The notes under the pieces were generated by a model. That model did no database searches, was not told where the DNA came from, and was given only the letters and a program-made list of their open reading frames with translations. A DNA stretch of 64,000 nucleotides, taken from positions 135 to 64,134 of IMG/VR virus record IMGVR_UViG_3300036402_000062; one strand, given 5' to 3'. A program made the translations under genes and the position numbers. Positions 9,735 to 17,748 of this stretch are shown here, in pieces. Source of the DNA: a virus. Each line of letters begins with the position of its first letter. The first letter of the stretch is position 1.

Positions 9735-10132
9735 GCGTTACTCCCGGTGGCGCGGGCGATTGCGGCGCGAACCTCGTCGACGAACAGTTGCGCATCGAAT
9801 CCATCGCGGCTCTCAAGGCTGTAGCTGCCATGACCAAGGCGGTCGATAGCGTCGTTCAGTTGGACAAGGAGGGCGAGCAACTCCGGCGCGGAAGCGATCA
9901 GGCGAGCGTTGGCTTCGCACTGAGCTAACGTGTCTCCGAAAACGAGTGCGGGGGCCGTTTTGTCGGACGCGGCAATTTCGATGCATGGGTCGTCCTTGCT
10001 GACCAGATCGGCACGCAAGGCGAACTTGCAGCACATTGCCGCAGCAGCAGCGGGCCCGGTCACGGCGAGCGTCGATCCTTTACCGAGGAACCACGCTTCC
10101 CACGGCCCCCGTGCGTGTTCTGCTTTGCTCAT
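9731..10132 (-). CDS. conserved phage early protein (GPW...ANARLIAxAPELL family)
   Basis: HARGPW and EANARLIASAPELL motifs widespread in phage early genes. Confidence 0.8.
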   Translation of the reverse strand: MSKAEHARGPWEAWFLGKGSTLAVTGPAAAAAMCCKFALRADLVSKDDPCIEIAASDKTAPALVFGDTLAQCEANARLIASAPELLALLVQLNDAIDRLGHGSYSLESRDGFDAQLFVDEVRAAIARATGSNA

Positions 10133-10166
10133 TCCGCGTTCTCCAGCCAGTCGGTGGATTCGATGT

Positions 10167-10670
10167 TCACGATTGCGTCTCCTTGAGTGCAGCGCGGGCG
10201 GCGATTACAACTGCGTCATCCCAGCACCCGAGGTAAATGAGCAACTTCTCCGCAGCTTCCAGCGCCTCTCTGAGCTTGCGGACAGTCTCCTGCGTCTCCT
10301 GAACGCCACGGGCGGGTGCTGGCACGCCGGGAATGTTTACGTTGCGAGTGACGGTCAGTAACTTGCGCTGCTCGTCGGTCAGGCAAATCTCCTGCACGCG
10401 ACAATGCGGCTCCGCGTCCTTCGTGGTGACGGTTACTCCGTCTTCCGCTGTTGCATAGCGGCCGAGGTAGGGTGAGCCGTCAAAAGTCTCCTGCGTCTCC
10501 TGATGGGAGGAGGCAGAGGCTTGCCAACCCGTCCAGATGTCCTCTACGTGCTGAAGCTCGTAGGTGTGGAGCGAGTCGCTATCGGCAGGAACGGTTATGT
10601 AGTTCTTGCGCTTTGCCCACGCTTCAAACTCGCGGCGCATCGCGGCCTGTTGTGCGGTGTCTTGGGTCAT
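10167..10670 (-). CDS. hypothetical phage protein
   Basis: RREFEAWA motif; internal duplicated QETQET; start ATG 10670. Confidence 0.65.
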   Translation of the reverse strand: MTQDTAQQAAMRREFEAWAKRKNYITVPADSDSLHTYELQHVEDIWTGWQASASSHQETQETFDGSPYLGRYATAEDGVTVTTKDAEPHCRVQEICLTDEQRKLLTVTRNVNIPGVPAPARGVQETQETVRKLREALEAAEKLLIYLGCWDDAVVIAARAALKETQS

Positions 10671-10981
10671 GACTGCTCCTGAGCGCTGGTGAGCACGGCA
10701 TCGCACGCAAGGCAGGTGTAGTGCCCGGGCGGCACGACGACCTCGCAGAAGTCGCACAGGATGTGGCCCTTGTTCTCGGCACGCGCGAGGGCGCTAGCGG
10801 CCCTGTAGAGGCTTTGGGGCGTCACCTTGCCGACCGGGAAGGGTGTGCGCCCCCACAGGACATGCTCGCACCAGTCATCGGCAGCGCCCGGCTTTGCTGC
10901 GCGGCAAATGTCCTGCGCCGTCATTCGTGCTGGCGCACTCCCCCCAACATCGCAGCCATCGCCAGGAATAGGGGCGGTCAT
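10667..10981 (-). CDS. hypothetical protein with C-terminal CxxC-CxxC
   Basis: Start ATG 10981 coupled to the upstream stop. Confidence 0.65.
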   Translation of the reverse strand: MTAPIPGDGCDVGGSAPARMTAQDICRAAKPGAADDWCEHVLWGRTPFPVGKVTPQSLYRAASALARAENKGHILCDFCEVVVPPGHYTCLACDAVLTSAQEQS

Positions 10982-11283
10982 GGAGATTCCTTCGTGACAG
11001 CGGGAGCGATGGAGAGAAGCGCCTGCGTGACGGCTGCGTGGATGCCGTAGTGCGCGCCAAAGTGCTTGTTCATCTTCTCGTGCGCCTCGTGCTCGACGCG
11101 GCCGAACTTGCCCTTCGCCACCTTGTGCTCCCAGCCAAGGCACGCGTCATGCCATCCGGCCATGCGGATGCCGATGCAGTACTCGTTGTCTGCGTATGCG
11201 CGCAGAGCGGCGGCAAACTGCTCAAGCTGTTCAGCCACTCGCTTCTCGCAGCCATCGCCGGGCTTGTGTGTGGAATCGGTCAT
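10978..11283 (-). CDS. hypothetical phage protein
   Basis: Start ATG 11283 coupled to the upstream stop. Confidence 0.6.
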   Translation of the reverse strand: MTDSTHKPGDGCEKRVAEQLEQFAAALRAYADNEYCIGIRMAGWHDACLGWEHKVAKGKFGRVEHEAHEKMNKHFGAHYGIHAAVTQALLSIAPAVTKESP

Positions 11284-11741
11284 AGCGGGGCGCTCTTGAT
11301 CTGTTGCGCAACCCATGCGCGCACCTTTTGCCATCGCCTCTCGCGGTCGGCACGCTCAGCCTCTTCGCCGCGTGTGTTGCCAAGCGCCCAGCGCCCGTAG
11401 AAGTGCCCGCTGTTGTCGTTCACATCCATGATTTCGGCGGCAAGTGCCTCGGCGATGCCGAAGGTCTTGGCTAAGGTCTTGGCTACCTCTTCGCGCTCAG
11501 CGTCGACAAGATGTGCAACCGGCATCCCACGCGCCGCACCAACCACGCCGAGGGCGCAGAACTGGCCGTCCGACTGGAACTCTTCGGCCACCAGTTCTTT
11601 GACAGGCATGGCGTCCATCGCTGTCGCCAGTTCGCGCAGCAAGTCCTGCCCACGCTTACCGCGAATCGCGGACTTCACGGCACCACGCCACCGGATCAAG
11701 TCCCAGTCGTCGCAGTCCTCGGAGTAACCGCTGCGGCTCAT
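11280..11741 (-). CDS. conserved phage hypothetical protein (MSRSGYSDD family)
   Basis: MSRSGYSEDC...WRGAVKSAIRGKRGQ..L.EL..A.DAMP.KEL motif. Confidence 0.8.
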   Translation of the reverse strand: MSRSGYSEDCDDWDLIRWRGAVKSAIRGKRGQDLLRELATAMDAMPVKELVAEEFQSDGQFCALGVVGAARGMPVAHLVDAEREEVAKTLAKTFGIAEALAAEIMDVNDNSGHFYGRWALGNTRGEEAERADRERRWQKVRAWVAQQIKSAPL

Positions 11742-11959
11742 AGCGCACCCTTGCAGCGCATCGCATCGACGTCGACCAGCTGCAAAGCAGCGGCGCGGGC
11801 ATCGTTGCGGGCGTGCGCCTTCGCGGGCTTGTCGACGTTCGCATCGATGTCGGCCGCAATCCATGCGTGCTCGTCGATCTCGGCTGCGAGTGCCTCTCCG
11901 ATGACGATCACCGGCCGCTCGTGGTTCACCCGCTGGGTGGGCATGCGGTGGATGGTCAT
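11738..11959 (-). CDS. hypothetical protein, paralog of 12692-12973
   Basis: Shared C-terminal W.AAD...ARNDA.A.A.Q..D.DAMR. Confidence 0.6.
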   Translation of the reverse strand: MTIHRMPTQRVNHERPVIVIGEALAAEIDEHAWIAADIDANVDKPAKAHARNDARAAALQLVDVDAMRCKGAL

Positions 11960-12057
11960 GCGCTCGCTCCGGTGGCCTTGGCGATGGCGCTCTCCGCCTT
12001 TTCTTGTGCCCGGTCCCAGCCGACGCCGTACAAGTCGCCGTGATAGCTGCGCGGCGT

Positions 12058-12393
12058 TCATGCAGCACCGCCGATCTGCCACACGGGCGCCGTGACGAAT
12101 CCGCTGCGCGCCGGGGGCAGGTCATCGCGCACCTTGAACAGCCCACTCTTCAGCGCCTCCGCCGCGAGCACCTTGTTCTCCGACCACTCCTTCGCGTAGA
12201 AGCAATCGGCAGGCAGGTCGCTGGAATCGTGCGTGCACTCCGGCCTGTACATGTTCACGCTGAGCGTTGCGAGCGGCTTGCCGCCGTTCGATTGCAGGAC
12301 GACAGCTGTCGGACCTTTCGGGCCGTCATACGTGGCGCGCAACACCGTGACGATGCCCCAGCGGGCGGAGTTGAAGGTGCCGATCTGCTTCAT
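12058..12393 (-). CDS. conserved hypothetical protein (DUF4313-like)
   Basis: LATLSVN...KEWSEN...SGFVTAPVW pattern; family assignment from memory. Confidence 0.6.
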   Translation of the reverse strand: MKQIGTFNSARWGIVTVLRATYDGPKGPTAVVLQSNGGKPLATLSVNMYRPECTHDSSDLPADCFYAKEWSENKVLAAEALKSGLFKVRDDLPPARSGFVTAPVWQIGGAA

Positions 12394-12701
12394 GCCGCAC
12401 CCCCAGCCTTGGCGATGACGGAGTGCGCACGGCGCACGTCGCCCATCGTCAGCGTCTTGCCCGCAGGCGTTCTCGCGATGACCCACGAATCCTCGCGGCC
12501 GTGGGGACCGAAGCCGGATGCCCACTGCGCGAAGGGTTCCAGCGCTTCCACCAGTTCCTGCACCGTAGCCATTGCCTCGCGCAGGTCGTGGCTGTGCCCG
12601 TAGTGCATGAGGCCCTGCAGGTGGTCGTCGGTCGCGGCCAGGACCTTCATCACGGGCTTGGCGATCTCGCCAGGGGCCTGCGCGGCGTTCATCACAGCCA
12701 C
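12390..12701 (-). CDS. hypothetical phage protein
   Basis: 103-aa ORF coupled to neighbours. Confidence 0.6.
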   Translation of the reverse strand: MAVMNAAQAPGEIAKPVMKVLAATDDHLQGLMHYGHSHDLREAMATVQELVEALEPFAQWASGFGPHGREDSWVIARTPAGKTLTMGDVRRAHSVIAKAGGAA

Positions 12702-12973
12702 CGAGCCCGGCGCATCGCGTCCAGGTCCATGACCTGCGTCGCGACTGCCTGCGCATCGTTGCGCGCGGCGAGCTTCGGCCCTTTGTTCTCGTCGCGCGCC
12801 AGGTCAGCGGCCGTCCAGTCGTCTTCGGACAGCTCCATCGGCTGGGTCACCGGCCCGCGGTCGATCAGGTCCAGCTCGTCGTTCTGCGCCGCCAGGTGAT
12901 TGCCGCTGGCGATGCGGCCGAGGATGCCCTCCCGCTTGATCTGCCTCGCCTCGCGCTGCTGCGTGTGTGCCAT
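12692..12973 (-). CDS. first gene of leftward early operon, hypothetical
   Basis: GGAGGGA RBS directly downstream of the PL-like promoter. Confidence 0.7.
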   Translation of the reverse strand: MAHTQQREARQIKREGILGRIASGNHLAAQNDELDLIDRGPVTQPMELSEDDWTAADLARDENKGPKLAARNDAQAVATQVMDLDAMRRARWL

Positions 12974-13009
12974 CTGTCCCTCCAGTGCCCGTATCTCGGG
13001 TGTGGCGGA

Positions 13010-13060
13010 ATTCTAGCCTCACGCTAGACTATGTCAAGCTTAAAGCTAGACTACGGCTAG
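13010..13060 (-). promoter_or_regulatory. PL-like promoter with operator array
   Basis: Minus strand TTGACA (13037-13032), 16 nt, TAGAAT (13015-13010); CTAG/CAAG half-sites at 13013, 13024, 13035, 13046, 13057 (11-bp period). Confidence 0.8.
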
Positions 13061-13081
13061 AATCGGACGAACGGCAGACGC

Positions 13082-13106
13082 AAAAAAGCCCGCGCGCGGC
13101 GGGCTG
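13082..13106 (-). terminator. intrinsic terminator of the repressor operon
   Basis: Minus strand AGCCCGC-loop-GCGGGCT followed by a T run. Confidence 0.75.
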
Positions 13107-13126
13107 GGTGCTGGGCGATAAGTGGA

Positions 13127-13444
13127 CTACTGTACGTTCTTGGCGATCCAGACCATCGCGCCGATGATGGCGAGGCCCAAGGTTGTGACAGCTCCGATGA
13201 AGCGCCACGTCTGGCTATGCAACTCGCGCTGCAGGTCCTCTTTCGTGGCGAACGTGTCTAGCTTTGTCTCGATGCGCGCAAGCCTCTCCTTCGCTGCAGA
13301 CGCGAAGTCTTCGAGGGCCTTGATTCGGGGTTCCATGTCGCCATCATATGGGGGCGGCGGCGGCGTGGGCAAGGAACCGGATCCGGCGCCCCCCTTCTGG
13401 GAGCCGGCCAGGCGGTCCAGTAAGGTCGTCGAAACTTTGGTCAT
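13127..13444 (-). CDS. coiled-coil protein with C-terminal TM helix (possible lysogenic conversion or exclusion)
   Basis: FATKEDL coiled coil then hydrophobic FIGAVTTLGLAIIGAMVWI. Confidence 0.7.
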   Translation of the reverse strand: MTKVSTTLLDRLAGSQKGGAGSGSLPTPPPPPYDGDMEPRIKALEDFASAAKERLARIETKLDTFATKEDLQRELHSQTWRFIGAVTTLGLAIIGAMVWIAKNVQ

Positions 13445-13692
13445 TCCTGCTCCTCGTCGTCGTTCGGACTCTTGCTGATGGATGTTCGAATGGCAGACAT
13501 CAACTTACCACCGCCGCCCGTTCCCTTGAGCATCATCAATTCGTAGTCCTTGAGCCGGTTCGCCAGCTCGGCACCGTCCACGTGGCCGGAGCGCACCAAT
13601 GCGTTTATGAGTTCTGTAAGCGTGACAGCTACCGCAACAGCTCTGTCGTACTCTGTCGGCTTCGTTGTTTCCACCTTCTCATCGGGCATCAC
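13441..13692 (-). CDS. hypothetical protein
   Basis: 83 aa, coupled to the downstream gene. Confidence 0.6.
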   Translation of the reverse strand: MMPDEKVETTKPTEYDRAVAVAVTLTELINALVRSGHVDGAELANRLKDYELMMLKGTGGGGKLMSAIRTSISKSPNDDEEQE

Positions 13693-13969
13693 GCCGCTCC
13701 TTTCTGCATTCCCTCACATCCACCAGCGTCTTGAACCGGTGGTCCTCTTTGCGGATCCACTGCAAGTTCTGCCTCGTGTCCGGCCCGCCGGCGCACAGCG
13801 GCACGATGTGGTCGACCTCCCAGCCTGGGCACCCGCCGCGGCGCTCTCCCGTAGCAGGGCAGGGCTGCTCGCGCATGAAGGCCAGGCGTTCGGCGGCCGA
13901 GCGCGGGGCAGCCGCCGCCGACGCGGCCAGTAGCAGCACTGCGACTACGGCTGATCCGACCTGAGCCAT
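13679..13969 (-). CDS. signal-peptide-bearing HNH endonuclease
   Basis: MAQVGSAVVAVLLLAASAAAA then CPATG...EVDHIVPLCAGGPDTRQNLQW...HRFKT. Confidence 0.75.
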   Translation of the reverse strand: MAQVGSAVVAVLLLAASAAAAPRSAAERLAFMREQPCPATGERRGGCPGWEVDHIVPLCAGGPDTRQNLQWIRKEDHRFKTLVDVRECRKERRDAR

Positions 13970-14112
13970 CCGGCGACCCGCCCGACGGCGAACACGAGCA
14001 CACCAAAAACGGCAACGCCGGTCCCCCAGAACTCTCCAGCCCCCGCGCGGACGATGACTCCAAAGAGCAAGAGGAGAACGCCGACCAATTGGGTGACTTT
14101 CCAAGCTTTCAT
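13945..14112 (-). CDS. small two-TM membrane protein (55 aa, not in ORF track)
   Basis: Own translation: MKAWKVTQLVGVLLLLFGVIVRAGAGEFWGTGVAVFGVLVFAVGRVAGWLRSDQP. Confidence 0.6.
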   Translation of the reverse strand: MKAWKVTQLVGVLLLLFGVIVRAGAGEFWGTGVAVFGVLVFAVGRVAGWLRSDQP

Positions 14113-14121
14113 GTTGCGGAC

Positions 14122-14394
14122 CTACGGGCGCACGCTGTACTTCTGCGTGAAGTCGGTTTCCATGCGCTCGCAAGCGCCGGCGGCTAATCGGGCGGCAGAG
14201 GGCTCAAGTGATTTGCGACTCTGCTCACCCCAGCACAGCTTGATGACATCCCTCGCTCGACTCTTCTCCTGATTGGCTGGGTCGCTGCTGGAGGACCATG
14301 CCCACCAAACGACCAACGCGACGACGCCGCCAACAACCCACGGCCACCTGGCTGGACTGTCTTCTACAGGGGGAGGAAGATTTCGGTCGGCCAT
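14122..14394 (-). CDS. membrane-anchored hypothetical protein
   Basis: WPWVVGGVVALVVWWAW TM helix, two Cys. Confidence 0.7.
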   Translation of the reverse strand: MADRNLPPPVEDSPARWPWVVGGVVALVVWWAWSSSSDPANQEKSRARDVIKLCWGEQSRKSLEPSAARLAAGACERMETDFTQKYSVRP

Positions 14395-14403
14395 CTCAGC
14401 TGG

Positions 14404-15105
14404 CTATTGCTTCTCTTCGTCGCTTGCCTTCGGCACCGCTTTGACGCGCTCGTACCAGGCGCGTTCGTTCGCTGGCGCCGTTTCTGAGCGGAATGCGCCG
14501 CGCGTCAGAGGCAGGTTGAACTGCTGCTTCTTGCCCCCTCCGATCTTGAGGACCAGGGCGGCTTTCCCGGTCGCCCGCGTTGCCGGTGCGGAGGTCGTGG
14601 TCTTCTTGGTCTTCGTAGGAGCCGGCGGGGGATCTTGCGGCCGTCGACCGTGCACACGCACCAGCGTCTCCAACATTTGAAAGGACATTCCCGGCTTTTC
14701 GGGGCTCTTGGCCAGGGAAGTGAGGATCGACACAGCCATCTCGCGGCCGATTTCGTCGAGCGACGTGAGGGCCTCGGCGATGCGGTCCCACGCCTCTTCC
14801 AGGGTGGGCGGGCGAATAGGGCCGAAGTCGTGATCGACGTTCGCCACGCCAACTGGATGGTCCATCCAATCCGCCGGCTTGTCCTTTCCAAAGGCCTTGC
14901 TGATCTTCTTGACCGCGTCCTCGCCGAGCCGCGTCTTCCCGCTCTTGCCCGTGTAGACCTGATAGACGTAGTCGTACGTCAGCCCGGCCTCGTCAGCCAC
15001 CACGCGGTATCCCTCACGAAGGAGCGGCTTGCCGCCCTTTCCCTCTGGGGAAAGGCTCTCGACAAGCCGCCTGAAATGGGCGAGGCGGTTCTCTTCAGCA
15101 GCCAT
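14404..15105 (-). CDS. cI-like immunity repressor (N-terminal HTH, no S24 peptidase domain)
   Basis: Divergent from cro-like gene across the operator array; HTH-like YRVVADEAGLTYDYVYQVYTG...WMDHP. Confidence 0.7.
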   Translation of the reverse strand: MAAEENRLAHFRRLVESLSPEGKGGKPLLREGYRVVADEAGLTYDYVYQVYTGKSGKTRLGEDAVKKISKAFGKDKPADWMDHPVGVANVDHDFGPIRPPTLEEAWDRIAEALTSLDEIGREMAVSILTSLAKSPEKPGMSFQMLETLVRVHGRRPQDPPPAPTKTKKTTTSAPATRATGKAALVLKIGGGKKQQFNLPLTRGAFRSETAPANERAWYERVKAVPKASDEEKQ

Positions 15106-15125
15106 TGCCACATTCAAGCAGATAG

Positions 15126-15178
15126 CTAGAGCCCGTGGCTAGCGAGTAGCTTGACATTGGCTAGCGTACGGCTAGACT
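15126..15178 (+). promoter_or_regulatory. PR-like promoter and OR operators
   Basis: TTGACA 15151-15156, 16 nt, TAGACT 15173-15178; CTAG/CTTG at 15139, 15150, 15161, 15172 (same 11-bp period as at PL); -10 lies 6 nt before the cro ATG, suggesting a leaderless mRNA. Confidence 0.78.
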
Positions 15179-15184
15179 TGCGAC

Positions 15185-15433
15185 ATGTCTGCAATTACCG
15201 CCCCCGAACGCAAGCGCTGGGCTGAACAGCTCGGTATCAACGAGCAGTACCTCTACCAGTGCCTTTCCGGGCGCCGCGACATGGATGCCGCTGCCGCCAT
15301 GAAGGTCGAGAGGGATACCGGCGGAGTCCTGAAGCGGCAGATGCTCTGCCAAGCCAGCTTCCGCGACATCTGGCCGGACTTGCTCCCGCTGCCGGATGCG
15401 AGTGAGCGCGAGGCCGAGCAGAAGGCAGCCTGA
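15185..15433 (+). CDS. cro: Cro-like HTH regulator
   Basis: WAEQLGINEQYLYQCLSGRR HTH and L.PDIWP-like C-terminus; position opposite the repressor. Confidence 0.82.
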   Translation: MSAITAPERKRWAEQLGINEQYLYQCLSGRRDMDAAAAMKVERDTGGVLKRQMLCQASFRDIWPDLLPLPDASEREAEQKAA

Positions 15434-15816
15434 CATGCGGCCCGCAACACCGATCGCGTGGCGGCGGCGGCACGTCCGCTCGCCATCACTCAGCGACGCC
15501 CTGGAGGGGATCAGGGCTTCCCAGTTCGCAGCGCCTGGAGGAAGGTACGCAACCATTCGCGATCTTGCTGACTTGGGCTTAGCACGCTCACCAGCAAAGC
15601 ATCCGGCGATCCCCGCAGCCTCCGGGGCCTGCGCGTCGTGCCCCAAGTGCGCAGGCACCAAGTTCACGCAAGTAGCCTGGCTGGACGAAGACTTCGTGCG
15701 CTCGACGTGCGCCTGCGGCGCTACCGGTCGCGTTCGCGGATCGATTCTTGAAGAAGTTCCTCTGCCCGCTTCAGCGCGTAGGTCTGTACCTCCGCTCGCG
15801 CCTTTGCTCATGGCGA

Positions 15817-16164
15817 TCAATGCGGTGTCGGCGGCTGTATATGACCCAGGCGAGTCATGTGCTGCACAAGGAACTGGCGGCCGCCTTCGTCCAGGCGAAA
15901 GTGCAACCAGCCAAACCCAGGGTGGCGAATGCCCAGCATCGGCTCTCCGCTCAGTGCCGCCGCGGCAATCATCTTCGGCGTCGGATGCATCTCCACCTGC
16001 TCGTTCATCGCCGGCGGTTGCAGTCCGACTGGCGGCAGCGTGCTGGCGCGCTTCTTCCCGAGCTGCACGATCAGCAGGTCGAGCATTTCTGCGCTGGGTG
16101 GCTCTGTGAAAAGGATCTCCGGTCCGGTGTCGCCCTCGACGATCTCGAAGTTCGTCAGTTTCAT
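15817..16164 (-). CDS. hypothetical protein on the opposite strand (moron-like)
   Basis: 115-aa ORF with LGIRHPGFGWLHF motif; antisense to the early right operon. Confidence 0.55.
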   Translation of the reverse strand: MKLTNFEIVEGDTGPEILFTEPPSAEMLDLLIVQLGKKRASTLPPVGLQPPAMNEQVEMHPTPKMIAAAALSGEPMLGIRHPGFGWLHFRLDEGGRQFLVQHMTRLGHIQPPTPH

Positions 16165-16672
16165 GTCCGCCCCTTCCGGTGATGGTTGCCTGGATCACCT
16201 GCATACCCTCCTTGCCTATGACCCGGGGAGCGGGGAATTCCGCTGGCGGGAAAAGGTCTCTTCCCGCAGGCCCGCCGGCAGTCCGGCGGGCACTCGTACC
16301 GCGCGTGGCTACATCCGCATCCGCATCAACGGCAAGACACATGCTGCCCATCGTCTCGCGTGGTTGTTCGTCTACGGTGACTGGCCCGAGCAGCAAATCG
16401 ACCACATCAACGGCGACCGCGCCGACAACCGTATTGCGAACTTGCGAGACGTTGCCCCGCGTGTGAACTCGCAGAACCGCAAGCGCGCTAACGCTACGAA
16501 TTCGAATGGCTTGCTGGGCGTCTCCAGATGCCGAGAACGCGGCACCTTCGTTGCGCAAATCCGCGATCCGCAGGGCCGCATGAAGTTTCTCGGGCGCTTC
16601 GATCAGTCCGAAGCTGCTCACGCCGCTTACCTGAAGGCGAAGGCCGTGCTTCACGAGGGGAACACCCTGTGA
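16163..16672 (+). CDS. HNH homing endonuclease with AP2-like domain
   Basis: GYIRIRING..HAAHRLAW..YGDWP..IDHINGDRADNRIANLR...N..N; C-terminal FLGRFD..EAAHAAY. Confidence 0.92.
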   Translation: MSAPSGDGCLDHLHTLLAYDPGSGEFRWREKVSSRRPAGSPAGTRTARGYIRIRINGKTHAAHRLAWLFVYGDWPEQQIDHINGDRADNRIANLRDVAPRVNSQNRKRANATNSNGLLGVSRCRERGTFVAQIRDPQGRMKFLGRFDQSEAAHAAYLKAKAVLHEGNTL

Positions 16673-16839
16673 GCCGCATCGTATGCCGGAGGGTGGCGGG
16701 CACCCTGAATGCGCATCTGCATGACGCGACTGTGCCTGGCGTGCGCGCTGTGCACCTCTGCACGGTGGGCTATGCCAAGCGGGGCACCACCGTCTCCTCC
16801 CGTCAGCGCAATGCCGAAGCAAGCGGCGCGCTGGCTTGT

Positions 16840-16872
16840 CCCGCCGGCCTCGTGTCGGCGGGGTTTTCTTTT
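16840..16872 (+). terminator. tR1-like intrinsic terminator
   Basis: CCCGCCGGC-ctcgt-GTCGGCGGG then GTTTTCTTTTC. Confidence 0.7.
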
Positions 16873-16958
16873 CGTTCGCGCGGTGTTCGTCATGGCTCGG
16901 CAATTTGCCCCGAAGAGCCTCGCAACGCCACGCAATCTTCTGGCGGAGCTTTGCGGAC

Positions 16959-17351
16959 ATGACCCAGCCGACCCTGATTTCAGTGGAGGTGCCGCTGTCG
17001 GAGGTGATGCGCAAGCAGTCCCTTGGCAAGGCGATTGAGTACTGCGCGGAGCTCGCCGGCTACAGCTACGACAAGGAGCTGGAGAAGGCGCTCAACGAGC
17101 ACGGCGTGAAGGTCGACAACACGCAGCTCACGCGCTGGAAGCAGGGCGCCGAGGGCATCAAGTGGGAGAAGTTCTGCGGCGTCATGGACGTGTGCGGCAA
17201 CGACGCTCCGCTGATGTGGATGAACTACTCGCGCGGCTGGGACATCCACAGCATGCGCCGACAGGAGACTGAAACGGAACGCCGGCTGCGGCTGGCGCTG
17301 GAAGAGAACGTCGCGCTGCGCCGCGTGCTGGTCGGAGGCGCCGCCGCATGA
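16959..17351 (+). CDS. CII-like phage transcriptional regulator
   Basis: Position after cro; D..QLTRWKQG HTH-like segment and CGNDAPL.W motif. Confidence 0.65.
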   Translation: MTQPTLISVEVPLSEVMRKQSLGKAIEYCAELAGYSYDKELEKALNEHGVKVDNTQLTRWKQGAEGIKWEKFCGVMDVCGNDAPLMWMNYSRGWDIHSMRRQETETERRLRLALEENVALRRVLVGGAAA

Positions 17352-17563
17352 GCCGCCGCACGAAGCCCGTTCCGATCGGTCCGCTGTCTTCGAAGAGCGC
17401 AGGCGCAAGGCACTTCATGCTGCCGGCGCAGAACTTCGCTCAGCCGACACGCGTCACGAACTCGATGATGCGCGACGTCTTCGTACAGGAGGCGCGCTGG
17501 GCAGACCCGCCGCGCGCCGGCAGCCTGGCCTTCATGCAACTCCCCTCGAAAGGGGACCGCTGA
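17348..17563 (+). CDS. hypothetical protein
   Basis: Coupled 71-aa ORF. Confidence 0.55.
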   Translation: MSRRTKPVPIGPLSSKSAGARHFMLPAQNFAQPTRVTNSMMRDVFVQEARWADPPRAGSLAFMQLPSKGDR

Positions 17564-17748
17564 TGGACACGATCACCAGCATCGACGCGATCGCGCGCCA
17601 GGCATCCGCAGCCGCTGCGCAGTGGGTCCCGGGAAGTGACCAGCCCGAGAACCCGTACGACGTGCACGTCATGCCGGCCCAGCACCAGGAGTGGCAGCGC
17701 CGCTTCCAGATCGCGCTGCTGCGGTCGTCGCAGAAGGAAGCGGCGTGA
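17563..17748 (+). CDS. hypothetical protein
   Basis: Coupled 61-aa ORF. Confidence 0.6.
   Translation: MDTITSIDAIARQASAAAAQWVPGSDQPENPYDVHVMPAQHQEWQRRFQIALLRSSQKEAA

Noticed and set aside
13040-13048. Block 2 NN bases read contiguously (TAGCTTTAA) match the PL operator region on the minus strand
   Set aside because: Only 9 nt, ungapped, and the match stops afterwards; not distinguishable from chance. By eye I found no gapped self-target at PL, PR, the Arc promoter or attP, but this was not an exhaustive search.
15435-16109. Plus-strand ORF with a CPKC...CACG Zn-ribbon-like motif after cro
   Set aside because: Conflicts with the minus-strand gene 15817-16164 and its C-terminal half looks non-coding; cannot be supported without homologs.
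15161-17029. 622-aa minus-strand ORF
   Set aside because: Overlaps cro and the HNH gene in antisense; Arg/Ala/Pro-rich shadow composition.
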